A DNA stretch of 62,821 bases, filler included, from an uncultured bacterium (GTDB lineage Bacteria > DYJV01), in NCBI GenBank assembly GCA_964543655.1. It is 4 parts of 4 records of this genome, joined end to end, with 100 filler letters (N's around TTAATTAATTAA, not from the genome) between each part and the next. Parts side by side here need not be neighbours in the genome. Positions count along the whole stretch, not along the records: positions 16,957 to 43,557 come from CAZIZE010000018.1; positions 43,658 to 55,053 come from CAZIZE010000023.1; 2 more parts are not named here. One strand, written 5' to 3'. The position numbers and the translations under genes were made by a program. Under the pieces are notes generated by a model. The model was not told where the DNA came from. It was given only the letters and a program-made list of their open reading frames with translations, and made no database searches. This document shows, in pieces, positions 40,726-49,360 of the stretch; the stretch's first letter is position 1, and every line of letters begins with the position of its first letter.

Positions 40726-41956
40726 AAAGATAATTTTTTTTATATGCTTAATATTAACTGTATGCTCCTATCTTTATTCTGGTGCATATAAAAACTCAGC
40801 TCATGGAAATACAATATATGGAGTGAATAGAAGCAGTGTTTCAGGTTATGGTTATTCAAGGGGAAATTGTGCCCACTGTCATGAACAGCATACTTCAATT
40901 TCAGGTAGCGAGCCAGCACCAAGCTCTGGAACTCCTTCTAAATTTTGTCTTTTTGCTGATAATTTTAACAGTAATAAGCAGACCGGGCCATATACTCAAT
41001 CAGACAATTTCTGTTTTTACTGCCATGTTTCATCTGGTTCTCAACAAAGTGAAGGTGGTATTACAAACTATCAGTATAGCAACACTTTTGGTGGCTATAC
41101 AACTAATTTTGTTTCTGATATTTTAGGTGCATTTAATCTTGATTCCAATAGCTCAACATATCCTGGCTCTTATCATAATCTTTATGATATCCAGAGATTT
41201 GCAAAGGATAAATTCAATTTTTTCAAGGCTGATTCAAATCCCTGTACAGCTTGTCATAATCCACACCTTGCAAAGAGGAACAAAGCTAATCCAAAAGATG
41301 CATCATATACAGCTATTTCAAGGCCAACTGACCATGATAATCTCTGGGGAGATGATGCCACAGAGAGAATGAGCAAATATTCAAATTATAGAGCACCTTA
41401 CTACTACGGTTCAACAACTCTTTATGAGCCAGGTGGTGTTACTTCTAATGATGGCTCAGAAATGCCTGATTATAATACATTTTGTCTTGATTGCCATCAA
41501 TACCAGGTCCCCACTACTCAATCTGCATCAATGAATCCCAATACTCCATCCGGTTATTTAACTGCAATTAATTGGGGTCCAACAGGTGATATGCATGGAG
41601 CAGCTCCAAGATTATTTGATATTGGTGGAGGACCTCAGCGATGTTCAGGTACTATTATAGCACCATATTCAAATTCACCTGTAAATAGCAATTATCTTTT
41701 ATCATGTCTTGATTGTCATGAACCGCATGGTAGCAAACTTTACTCAACAAGACCATCATCTTACCTTCTCAGAAAAGAGATAAATAACAATGTTGTTGGA
41801 GGATGTGGTCCAGCTCAGGAAAATTTTTGTGAATCATATTTCTGTTACAGCTGCCACACAAATAATCATGCAGGTCCTGGAAACTGTTTTGTCTGCCATT
41901 ATCATGGTGCTGAAAATATTGGTTGTGGTGGTCCATGGTATGGTAAAAATTTTTAA
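40691..41956 (+). CDS. Exported heptaheme cytochrome c, possibly a distant OmcS-type fold
   Basis: Signal peptide, 7 CXXCH widely spaced, S/T/N/G-rich; start uncertain. Confidence 0.82.
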   Translation: MAVMHVIQQKIKKIIFFICLILTVCSYLYSGAYKNSAHGNTIYGVNRSSVSGYGYSRGNCAHCHEQHTSISGSEPAPSSGTPSKFCLFADNFNSNKQTGPYTQSDNFCFYCHVSSGSQQSEGGITNYQYSNTFGGYTTNFVSDILGAFNLDSNSSTYPGSYHNLYDIQRFAKDKFNFFKADSNPCTACHNPHLAKRNKANPKDASYTAISRPTDHDNLWGDDATERMSKYSNYRAPYYYGSTTLYEPGGVTSNDGSEMPDYNTFCLDCHQYQVPTTQSASMNPNTPSGYLTAINWGPTGDMHGAAPRLFDIGGGPQRCSGTIIAPYSNSPVNSNYLLSCLDCHEPHGSKLYSTRPSSYLLRKEINNNVVGGCGPAQENFCESYFCYSCHTNNHAGPGNCFVCHYHGAENIGCGGPWYGKNF

Positions 41957-42173
41957 TAAAAAAAATAGTGGAAAATTTAAAATAAATATGTTAATAATAA
42001 GTTAAGCTTAAAGATATGATTAAGGTATTGTAGTCATAACGTGTTAATTCGAGAGACAATTTCTATACTTGCCTCCCTTTCTTCGAATTCGATTCACTAC
42101 TCTAATTAACCAAAAAATTTGACAAGCAAATTATCATTTCTCATATCAAAAAAATTTAAAAGGAGATTAAAGT

Positions 42174-43557
42174 ATGAAAAAAATTAGAAAAGTATGTTTA
42201 GGAGTCTTTTTTTTATTACTGTTTATTCAGGGATTATTTGCAGAAAATTGCACAGTAAAGGATGTTGCGACATTTAAATCTTCAGGTGCTATTTACTATG
42301 CTACATTTAAAGATAGTAAATTATGGCTGTATGAGCCAGGTTATAGTTCAAACTCATTTAAAATTGAAATGGTTGATTTAAATAATCCAATGTCACCTAT
42401 GTTATTAAGTACATTGAATTTTCAATATAAAGATGCATATTCATATTCAGCAGGTGACCATCTTTTTGATTTTTTAGGTAGCGATTATATTATTGCTGTT
42501 GGTACAAACCCTGCTAATTTGATTAATATAGCTTCCAACTCTTCTGCCTATGTTAATTTGAAATCTAATAATGTAGAAAGTGAAGTGTTTTCTTATGGAA
42601 ATTATGTTTACATGAATGGTAATTCTGATGATTCAATTGATATCTATCAATTAACAGCTAACACTCTTTCATTTTTAAGTTCATTTAAAGCATGTAATAG
42701 TGATAAAGAGGTAGCAAAAATATCTTATGCTGGCAATGGATATTTGGGATTATCTTGCAATGATTACAATGAGTCAAAATCATTCCATAAGGTATTTAAG
42801 TTAGCATCATCATTACCTACTTTTACAAATTTTGAAATTTTAGATACATCGTCTAATTCTAAAATAGTTTATATTGACAGTACTAATGTGTATTTGTGGT
42901 CAACTGATAAAAATGATTATTTAAAAGGTACTCTAAAAATATATAACTTATCACAGAGAAATCTTGTAAATTCAATTCCTATGAATAGTTGTTCGAGACA
43001 ACCAGCAATTTATGGAGATTATGCAATTTGTGTTAAAGATGAAATGGGATTTATGATTTATGACATGAAATCTAATAGTAAAATTGCAGAGTGGGAGGAT
43101 AAAGATTCAAATATATGGGGTATAGTTCCTTTTTCAAAAGATAATGAACTTTATATAGCGTTATGGGCTATCTGGTTAGATAAAAATCAGAATAGTGGTT
43201 TTAAAATTTTTAAAATAGATAATTGTCAATCTTCTACATCTCAGCAGACAGAAGAAAATAATGAGTTACCCACAAACTGCTCTGTTTACGATTATAATAG
43301 TCAGTCATTTTCCTTGAATTGTATAAATATTGGAAATGAATTTTATTCTGTATCAATGAAGTTAATAGAAGCAACTAAATCACAAATAACATTTCAAATA
43401 TATAATTATGCTAAGTTAAATTCAGGCTCTTCTGAAAATTGTTCAAATTTTAATTTTTTTACTAATACACTATTTGTACCTTGTATAAAAGTGGGAGAGC
43501 AATTGTTTAATTTAGAACTCTATCTTTCTACTCCTGATGGTAAATTAGACTTAAAAG
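42174..43557 (+). CDS. Secreted beta-propeller-like protein with tandem Cys-containing C-terminal modules (cut by gap)
   Basis: SD AAGGAG, signal peptide, LVIVD-like segments (MVDLNNPMSP), two NCS...C repeats. Confidence 0.6.
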
Positions 43558-43657
43558 NNNNNNNNNNNNNNNNNNNNNNNNNNNNNNNNNNNNNNNNNNN
43601 NTTAATTAATTAANNNNNNNNNNNNNNNNNNNNNNNNNNNNNNNNNNNNNNNNNNNN
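43558..43657. other. Artificial contig linker 2
   Basis: 44 N + TTAATTAATTAA + 44 N. Confidence 0.97.
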
Positions 43658-44226
43658 CCTGTTATAAATACAAACCTTATATATCTATCACTATCCTTTA
43701 TTACTCCATAAAAATTTCTCAATATACTCCTTGCTTTTATTGCCATTTCTTGATTGGTGATATTATCCAATATCGGTTTATCATATTCATCTATTAAAAT
43801 TACTACTTTAGATTGGTATTTTTTATATGCCTTTTTTATTAATTCTACAAAGCAATCATCATTTGATTTTTTCTCACATTCTATTTCTAATTCTTCCTGA
43901 TTATTCTCAAGGTTAAATGATATTTTTCTATTAATTGTTTCAACATCCGCAAAATCACCGCTACCAAAACTTATTCTAATAACAGGATGAGGCTTAAAAT
44001 CGTATTTATCATAAATATAGAGCCCTTTAAAAAGCTCTCTACTTCCAAGAAATATCTCTGATAATGTGTCAAGAAAAAGAGATTTGCCAAACCTTCTTGG
44101 TCGGGAAAGGAAATAGTACCCACTTCGCTCTATAAGTCTTAAAGCAATCTCTGTTTTATCAACATAGTAACAATTTTCCTCTATGATTTTGCTAAAAGTT
44201 TGAATACCTATTGGAAGCTTTTTCAT
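43658..44226 (-). CDS. AAA-ATPase-like protein (usually fused to a PD-(D/E)XK nuclease), N-terminal part only
   Basis: KKLPIGIQTF, YYVDKT, SRPRRFGKSL, ILIDEYDKP, FVFIT; cut by gap. Confidence 0.9.
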
Positions 44227-44232
44227 ATTGAT

Positions 44233-44261
44233 AACTTATCAAAAATTTTGGATAAATTCAA
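44233..44261 (-). promoter_or_regulatory. sigma70 promoter TTGAAT-N17-TAAGTT (extended TG), 6 nt before ATG (leaderless)
   Basis: Hexamer spacing; no SD. Confidence 0.6.
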
Positions 44262-44320
44262 GATTAAATTAGAATTTAGTGATTGATGTTTACTTGGCCA
44301 ACATTAACTCAAAAACTAAT

Positions 44321-46447
44321 TTACCCACCCCTTTCAACATTAATTACCCCCTCTATTCTATTCAATCTATTAACAAGAGCAACATAATCTTTGGTTGATT
44401 TCATTTCAACAAAAATATCAGCAATTGCTCTACCATCTTCTGTTGTATCAATATGAACATTTGTCATATTAAAACCAAGATTTGATATTGCATTGCTCAG
44501 CTCAACGAGCAATCCCTTTCTATCAGCAGCTATTATTCTAATTTTAACATTTCTTTTATCAACTTTTTCCTTATCCCATTCAACTTCAATTATTCTCTCC
44601 GGGTCAAAGTTTAACACATTATGACAATCTCTTCTATGAATTGTAATTCCTTTGCCTCTTGTAATATATCCAACTATATCATCACCAGGTAAAGGATTGC
44701 AACACTTTCCATAAGAAATCATATAATTTGCAACACCATCTATTAAAATTCCTGTTGATTGAGCTTTTGTCTCTTCTTTAAACTCTTTTTTAAAAGGTTT
44801 TTCTTTTGGCTCTTCTGGAATAATTTTATGAACAACCTGTTTTGGAGATATTTTGCCATAACCAATTGCAGCAAAGAAAGTATCTTCATCAACAAAATTA
44901 AAAGCTTTCATTACTTCTGAAATTTCTTTTTTATAATCTTCAAAATCAAGCTTATTTTTTTGAAACTCTTTTTCAAGTAAAACTTTTCCAATGGTAACAT
45001 TTGTTTCAAAACTTTCCTGTTTGATAAATTGTCTTATTTTACTTCTTGCTTTGGAAGTTTTTACATACTTAAGCCAATCTTTATTAGGTTTACCATTTTT
45101 AGATGTAATAATCTCTACTCTGTCACCTGTTTGTAACTCATATTTTAGAGGGACAATAGCTCCATTCACCTTAGCCCCAACACATTTATTACCAATAGCA
45201 GTATGAATAGCATAGGCAAAATCAATTGGTGTAGAACCAGCTGGCAGTTCTATTAACTCTCCAGCTGGTGTAAATACATATACAGAATCTGAAAGAACTT
45301 CTGTTTTAATTGTGGAAAAAAATTGATTTGCATCTTTTATATCATCTTTCAGTTCCATAACTTGCCTTAACCAATTAAAAACCCTGAAACTTTCATCGTC
45401 CTTTGTTTTATTCTCCTTATAAAGCCAGTGTGCAGCAATACCTTCTTCTGCAATTTTGTGCATCTCCTCTGTTCTAATCTGTATCTCTATAAAATCACCA
45501 AATGGACCAATAACAGTGGTATGAATTGATTGATACATGTTGCTTTTTGGCATTGCTATAAAATCTTTAAATCTTCCTGGCACAGGCTTCCATAATGAGT
45601 GAATAATACCAAGAACTTGATAACATTCAGGAACTGTTTTAACAATAACCCTAAAAGCAAGAATATCATAAATCTGACTAATATCAATGTTCCTTTTTAC
45701 CATTTTTTTGTAAATGCTGTATAGATGCTTTAGCCTTCCTGATATTCTCCCTTCTATTTTATGAAATTTCAAATTCCGCTCAATGATTTTTATTACTTCA
45801 TTTATATATTTATCTTTTTCATGTTGAATTTCATCAATTCTTTTCTTAATTGCTTCATAAGCTGATGGTTTCAAATATTTTAAAGAAAGGTCTTCAAGCT
45901 CACTTTTTATCCATGAAATTCCAAGACGATTTGCAAGGGGACCATAAACATCAAGAGTCTCTTGAGCAATTCTAATCTGTTTATCAGGTGGCATAAACTG
46001 TAGGGTTCTCATATTATGCAATCTATCTGCAAGCTTTATAATAATCACACGAATATCATTAGTAGACGCTATTATTAATTTACGAAAATTTTCAGCTATT
46101 TTATGTTGAGCAGATTTAAAATTTAATCTACTGATTTTCGTAACACCATCAACAAGTTTTGCCACTTCTCTACCAAAAAGCTTTTCAACCTCATCAAGAG
46201 TCGCATGAGTATCTTCAACAACGTCGTGGAGTAATCCTGTAACTATTGTGGGAATATCCATGTTCATATCAGTAAGTATCTTTGCAACAGCAATTGGATG
46301 AACAAGGTATGGCTCACCATTTAATCGCACCTGGCCTTTATGAACTTTCGCTGAGTAGATGTAAGCTTTATTAACAATGGCTATTTGCTCAGACGGGTAA
46401 ATTGTTATAAGCTTGTCTAATATGTCATTGATTCTTACTCTTTCCAT
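44321..46447 (-). CDS. rel: Bifunctional (p)ppGpp synthetase/hydrolase Rel (RelA/SpoT); start ATG 46447
   Basis: GEPYLVHP, LHDVVEDT, KLADRLHNMRT, GRFKDFIA, TGS and ACT domains. Confidence 0.96.
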   Translation of the reverse strand: MERVRINDILDKLITIYPSEQIAIVNKAYIYSAKVHKGQVRLNGEPYLVHPIAVAKILTDMNMDIPTIVTGLLHDVVEDTHATLDEVEKLFGREVAKLVDGVTKISRLNFKSAQHKIAENFRKLIIASTNDIRVIIIKLADRLHNMRTLQFMPPDKQIRIAQETLDVYGPLANRLGISWIKSELEDLSLKYLKPSAYEAIKKRIDEIQHEKDKYINEVIKIIERNLKFHKIEGRISGRLKHLYSIYKKMVKRNIDISQIYDILAFRVIVKTVPECYQVLGIIHSLWKPVPGRFKDFIAMPKSNMYQSIHTTVIGPFGDFIEIQIRTEEMHKIAEEGIAAHWLYKENKTKDDESFRVFNWLRQVMELKDDIKDANQFFSTIKTEVLSDSVYVFTPAGELIELPAGSTPIDFAYAIHTAIGNKCVGAKVNGAIVPLKYELQTGDRVEIITSKNGKPNKDWLKYVKTSKARSKIRQFIKQESFETNVTIGKVLLEKEFQKNKLDFEDYKKEISEVMKAFNFVDEDTFFAAIGYGKISPKQVVHKIIPEEPKEKPFKKEFKEETKAQSTGILIDGVANYMISYGKCCNPLPGDDIVGYITRGKGITIHRRDCHNVLNFDPERIIEVEWDKEKVDKRNVKIRIIAADRKGLLVELSNAISNLGFNMTNVHIDTTEDGRAIADIFVEMKSTKDYVALVNRLNRIEGVINVERGG

Positions 46448-46454
46448 TAAAAAG

Positions 46455-46482
46455 ATTTTACTCAATAAAAGTAAAATGTCAA
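46455..46482 (-). promoter_or_regulatory. sigma70 promoter TTGACA-N16-TAAAAT, 7 nt before rel ATG (leaderless)
   Basis: Consensus -35, near-consensus -10, no SD. Confidence 0.65.
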
Positions 46483-46506
46483 CTAATTTTTAACTTTAAA
46501 AAAAAT

Positions 46507-46535
46507 TTGACTTAATATATTTTTTTTGTTAATGT
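46507..46535 (+). promoter_or_regulatory. sigma70 promoter TTGACT-N17-TAATGT for glutamate synthase genes
   Basis: 17-bp spacer, extended TG, SD AAGGAG downstream. Confidence 0.6.
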
Positions 46536-46573
46536 CTCTATCCTTTTTATAAACTGTTTTAAGGAGATGATTA

Positions 46574-47722
46574 ATGTGTAGATTAAGTGCAATGGTTTCA
46601 GATACCTATTTTTCTCCTTTTGAAAATATTTTAGCTCTTGAGACAATGAAAGAGGGTCATGATGGCTCAGGTTTGGGGCTAATTTTAAGAGATTTAGGAG
46701 GAGAATTTGAGCAACTTAAAAATTACCCTATCCTTTCTTGTATTACATCTGATGCTGGATATGAAAAATTAAAAGAATTTATGAATCAAAAAGGCTTTGA
46801 AATTAAGTATAGATGGGAAGCTCCAAAACATGTTGAATCATGGATGGAAATAGAGCCAAGAGACCATTATCTTATTAAAGCCTATGAGTATCCTGAATAT
46901 ATGAGAGACAAATCTACTGAAGAAAAAGAAGAATTTTTACTGAAAACCAGATTGGAGATTAGAGAACTTGGCTTACAAGATGAATCTATTACTGTTTTTT
47001 CTTTTTGGCCAGATACAATTACATTAAAAGAAGTTGGCGATCCTCTTGAGGTTGGTCTATTCTTTGGACTTGATAGGGATTCTTCATTAAAAGCAAAAAT
47101 AATATTTGCTCAAGGTAGGCAAAATACCAATTATGCAATTAATCTTTACGCATGCCATCCATTTTTTATTCAAGGTTATTTTACCATGACAAATGGTGAA
47201 AACACAGCTTTTGTTCCAATTAAAGAATTTTTAATGAGTAGAAGATTTCCAGGTTACATTGGTTACAATAGTGATAGTGAAGTTTTTGCACATATTTTGC
47301 ACTATTCAAGGTCTTTGCTTAATTATCCTTTAAAATATTACAAAGATATAATTACACCAATGCTTGACCACGAGCTTGAATCTTGTAACAGAGAAGATCT
47401 TGAAGCAATTAAATTAATGAAAAAAGCTTTGAGAATGCTTACAATAGATGGCCCTAACTGTGTAATTGGCTGTGATAAAGATAATACTGTTTTTATGGTG
47501 CAAGACACAAAAAAGTTAAGACCAGGTGTTGTTGGTGGAGTAAAGGGCAAAATTGGATTAATGTCTGAAGTTTGCGGATTAACATCTGCAATTCCTGATA
47601 GAGATATGTCAAAAGATGTATTTCCAATGAAATATGATTTGGTTTATGTAAAACCAGGTGCAAAGGAGATTAAGGTATGGAATCAAAAATTAGGCCAGAC
47701 CACAACTATAACATATCAATAA
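46574..47722 (+). CDS. Glutamate synthase, glutamine amidotransferase (Ntn) subunit
   Basis: MCRL N-terminal catalytic Cys, GRQNTN, CHPF, NGEN, SDSEV, LRPG. Confidence 0.85.
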   Translation: MCRLSAMVSDTYFSPFENILALETMKEGHDGSGLGLILRDLGGEFEQLKNYPILSCITSDAGYEKLKEFMNQKGFEIKYRWEAPKHVESWMEIEPRDHYLIKAYEYPEYMRDKSTEEKEEFLLKTRLEIRELGLQDESITVFSFWPDTITLKEVGDPLEVGLFFGLDRDSSLKAKIIFAQGRQNTNYAINLYACHPFFIQGYFTMTNGENTAFVPIKEFLMSRRFPGYIGYNSDSEVFAHILHYSRSLLNYPLKYYKDIITPMLDHELESCNREDLEAIKLMKKALRMLTIDGPNCVIGCDKDNTVFMVQDTKKLRPGVVGGVKGKIGLMSEVCGLTSAIPDRDMSKDVFPMKYDLVYVKPGAKEIKVWNQKLGQTTTITYQ

Positions 47723-49338
47723 AAGATTTACCTTACATAATTGTCTGGGATCCAAACAAATGTACAAGATGTGGCAAATGTACCTCTGTTTGTCCAACTA
47801 AGGCTATTGAGCCAACAGTTTATGTACAGAGATTAGTAGAAAGTGAAGGACCTTTTCCAGCACCATCTACAGTTAAAAAGGTTTTTCATGGAATAAGGCA
47901 AGTTCCTGATGTAGATAGATGGTGTACAGGATGTGCAACATGCACTGCTGTTTGTCCAAATGATGCTATTTATCCTGAGTATAACCCTGCTCATAAGTTT
48001 CTTATTCATAAAAATCAGGGTGGCTATTCATACAGACGTGGTGGCAGAAGAAATGATCCAGATGTTTCTACACTTGACAAATTAAAATTCACAAGAATTT
48101 CAATGCTTACTGACCCTGCGCTTGATGCACAAAGACATGAATTTAACATACGAACTTACCTTGGGAGAATATTACCAGCAGAGAAATTACCATTAATTAT
48201 AAAAAAAGAGGAAAACGAAATACTTGTTGATGATACAGTTTTTGTACCACCTGTTAGAGAAATCTTCCCGATAATGATAGGCTCCATGTCAATGGGTGCA
48301 CTTTCTCCGAGAATGTGGGAAGGTTTAATAATGGGTGTTACTTATCTAAATGAAGTGGAAAAAATTCCTGTTGTTATGTGTTCTGGAGAAGGTGGAGTGC
48401 CACCAAGGCTTTTAAAATCAAGATTTATAAAATATATGATTTTACAAATTGCTTCTGGTTATTTTGGATGGGATGAAATAATTCATGCTATACCACATAT
48501 GAAAGAGGATCCAGCTGGTATTGAGATTAAATATGGTCAAGGTGCAAAACCTGGTGATGGCGGATTATTAATGGCTCAAAAAGTACTTCCTCTTATTGCT
48601 AAAATTAGAGGTGTGCCTACAAATGTAGATTTACCATCACCACCAACACATCAGACCAAATACTCCATAGAGGAAGCAGTTGCTAAAATGATTACATCTA
48701 TGAGCATGGCTTTTGGATTTAGAGTTCCTGTTTATCCTAAAATTTCTGGTACAAAAACAGCAAAAGCTGTTTTAAATAACCTTGCAAGAAATCAGTTTGC
48801 ATCAGCTCTTTCCATTGATGGTGAAGATGGTGGTACAGGAGCAGCATACAATGTTTCTATGGATAAAATGGGTCATCCAATAGCATCTAATTTAAGAGAA
48901 TGTTATCTTGACCTTGTTGCAAGTGGTAAACAGAATGAACTTCCTCTCATAGCTGCAGGAGGTGTTGGAAAAAGTGGCAACCTTGCAGCAAACACAGCTG
49001 CGCTTATAATGCTTGGAGCCAGTGCTGTTAGTATTGGGAAATATATTATGCAGGCTGCTGCTGGATGCCTTGGTGATGAAAGGAATAGATGTAATGTTTG
49101 TAACCTTGGTATTTGTCCAAAAGGCATTACCACTCAGAATCCAAAATTATACAAAAGGCTTGATTCTGAAAAAGTTGCTGAAAGGGTAGTTGAAGTATTT
49201 AAAAGCGCTAATACTGAATTGAAAAAAATATTTGCACCTATGGGTAGAAGTACTCAGTTACCTATTGGTATGAGTGATGGTCTTTCAGTTCAAGATAAAG
49301 CTATTGCTGAAAGATTAAAAATAGATTATGCTTGCTAA
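47677..49338 (+). CDS. Glutamate synthase FMN-binding subunit with N-terminal 2x[4Fe-4S]
   Basis: Two CxxCxxCxxxCP, MSMGALS, GEGG, EIKYGQGAKPGDGG, GGTGAA, CPKGITTQ. Confidence 0.9.
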   Translation: MESKIRPDHNYNISIKDLPYIIVWDPNKCTRCGKCTSVCPTKAIEPTVYVQRLVESEGPFPAPSTVKKVFHGIRQVPDVDRWCTGCATCTAVCPNDAIYPEYNPAHKFLIHKNQGGYSYRRGGRRNDPDVSTLDKLKFTRISMLTDPALDAQRHEFNIRTYLGRILPAEKLPLIIKKEENEILVDDTVFVPPVREIFPIMIGSMSMGALSPRMWEGLIMGVTYLNEVEKIPVVMCSGEGGVPPRLLKSRFIKYMILQIASGYFGWDEIIHAIPHMKEDPAGIEIKYGQGAKPGDGGLLMAQKVLPLIAKIRGVPTNVDLPSPPTHQTKYSIEEAVAKMITSMSMAFGFRVPVYPKISGTKTAKAVLNNLARNQFASALSIDGEDGGTGAAYNVSMDKMGHPIASNLRECYLDLVASGKQNELPLIAAGGVGKSGNLAANTAALIMLGASAVSIGKYIMQAAAGCLGDERNRCNVCNLGICPKGITTQNPKLYKRLDSEKVAERVVEVFKSANTELKKIFAPMGRSTQLPIGMSDGLSVQDKAIAERLKIDYAC

Positions 49339-49360
49339 TCTTTAAAACAGGGAGAAAATA

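Noticed and set aside
42040-42112. Possible structured RNA or element remnant (GTTAATT..AGAG/CTCTAATTAAC stem, TCGA-rich)
   Set aside because: Weak pairing, single copy, no recognisable family
43658-44226. Defence system around the AAA-ATPase
   Set aside because: Truncated, common multicopy family, no partner genes visible
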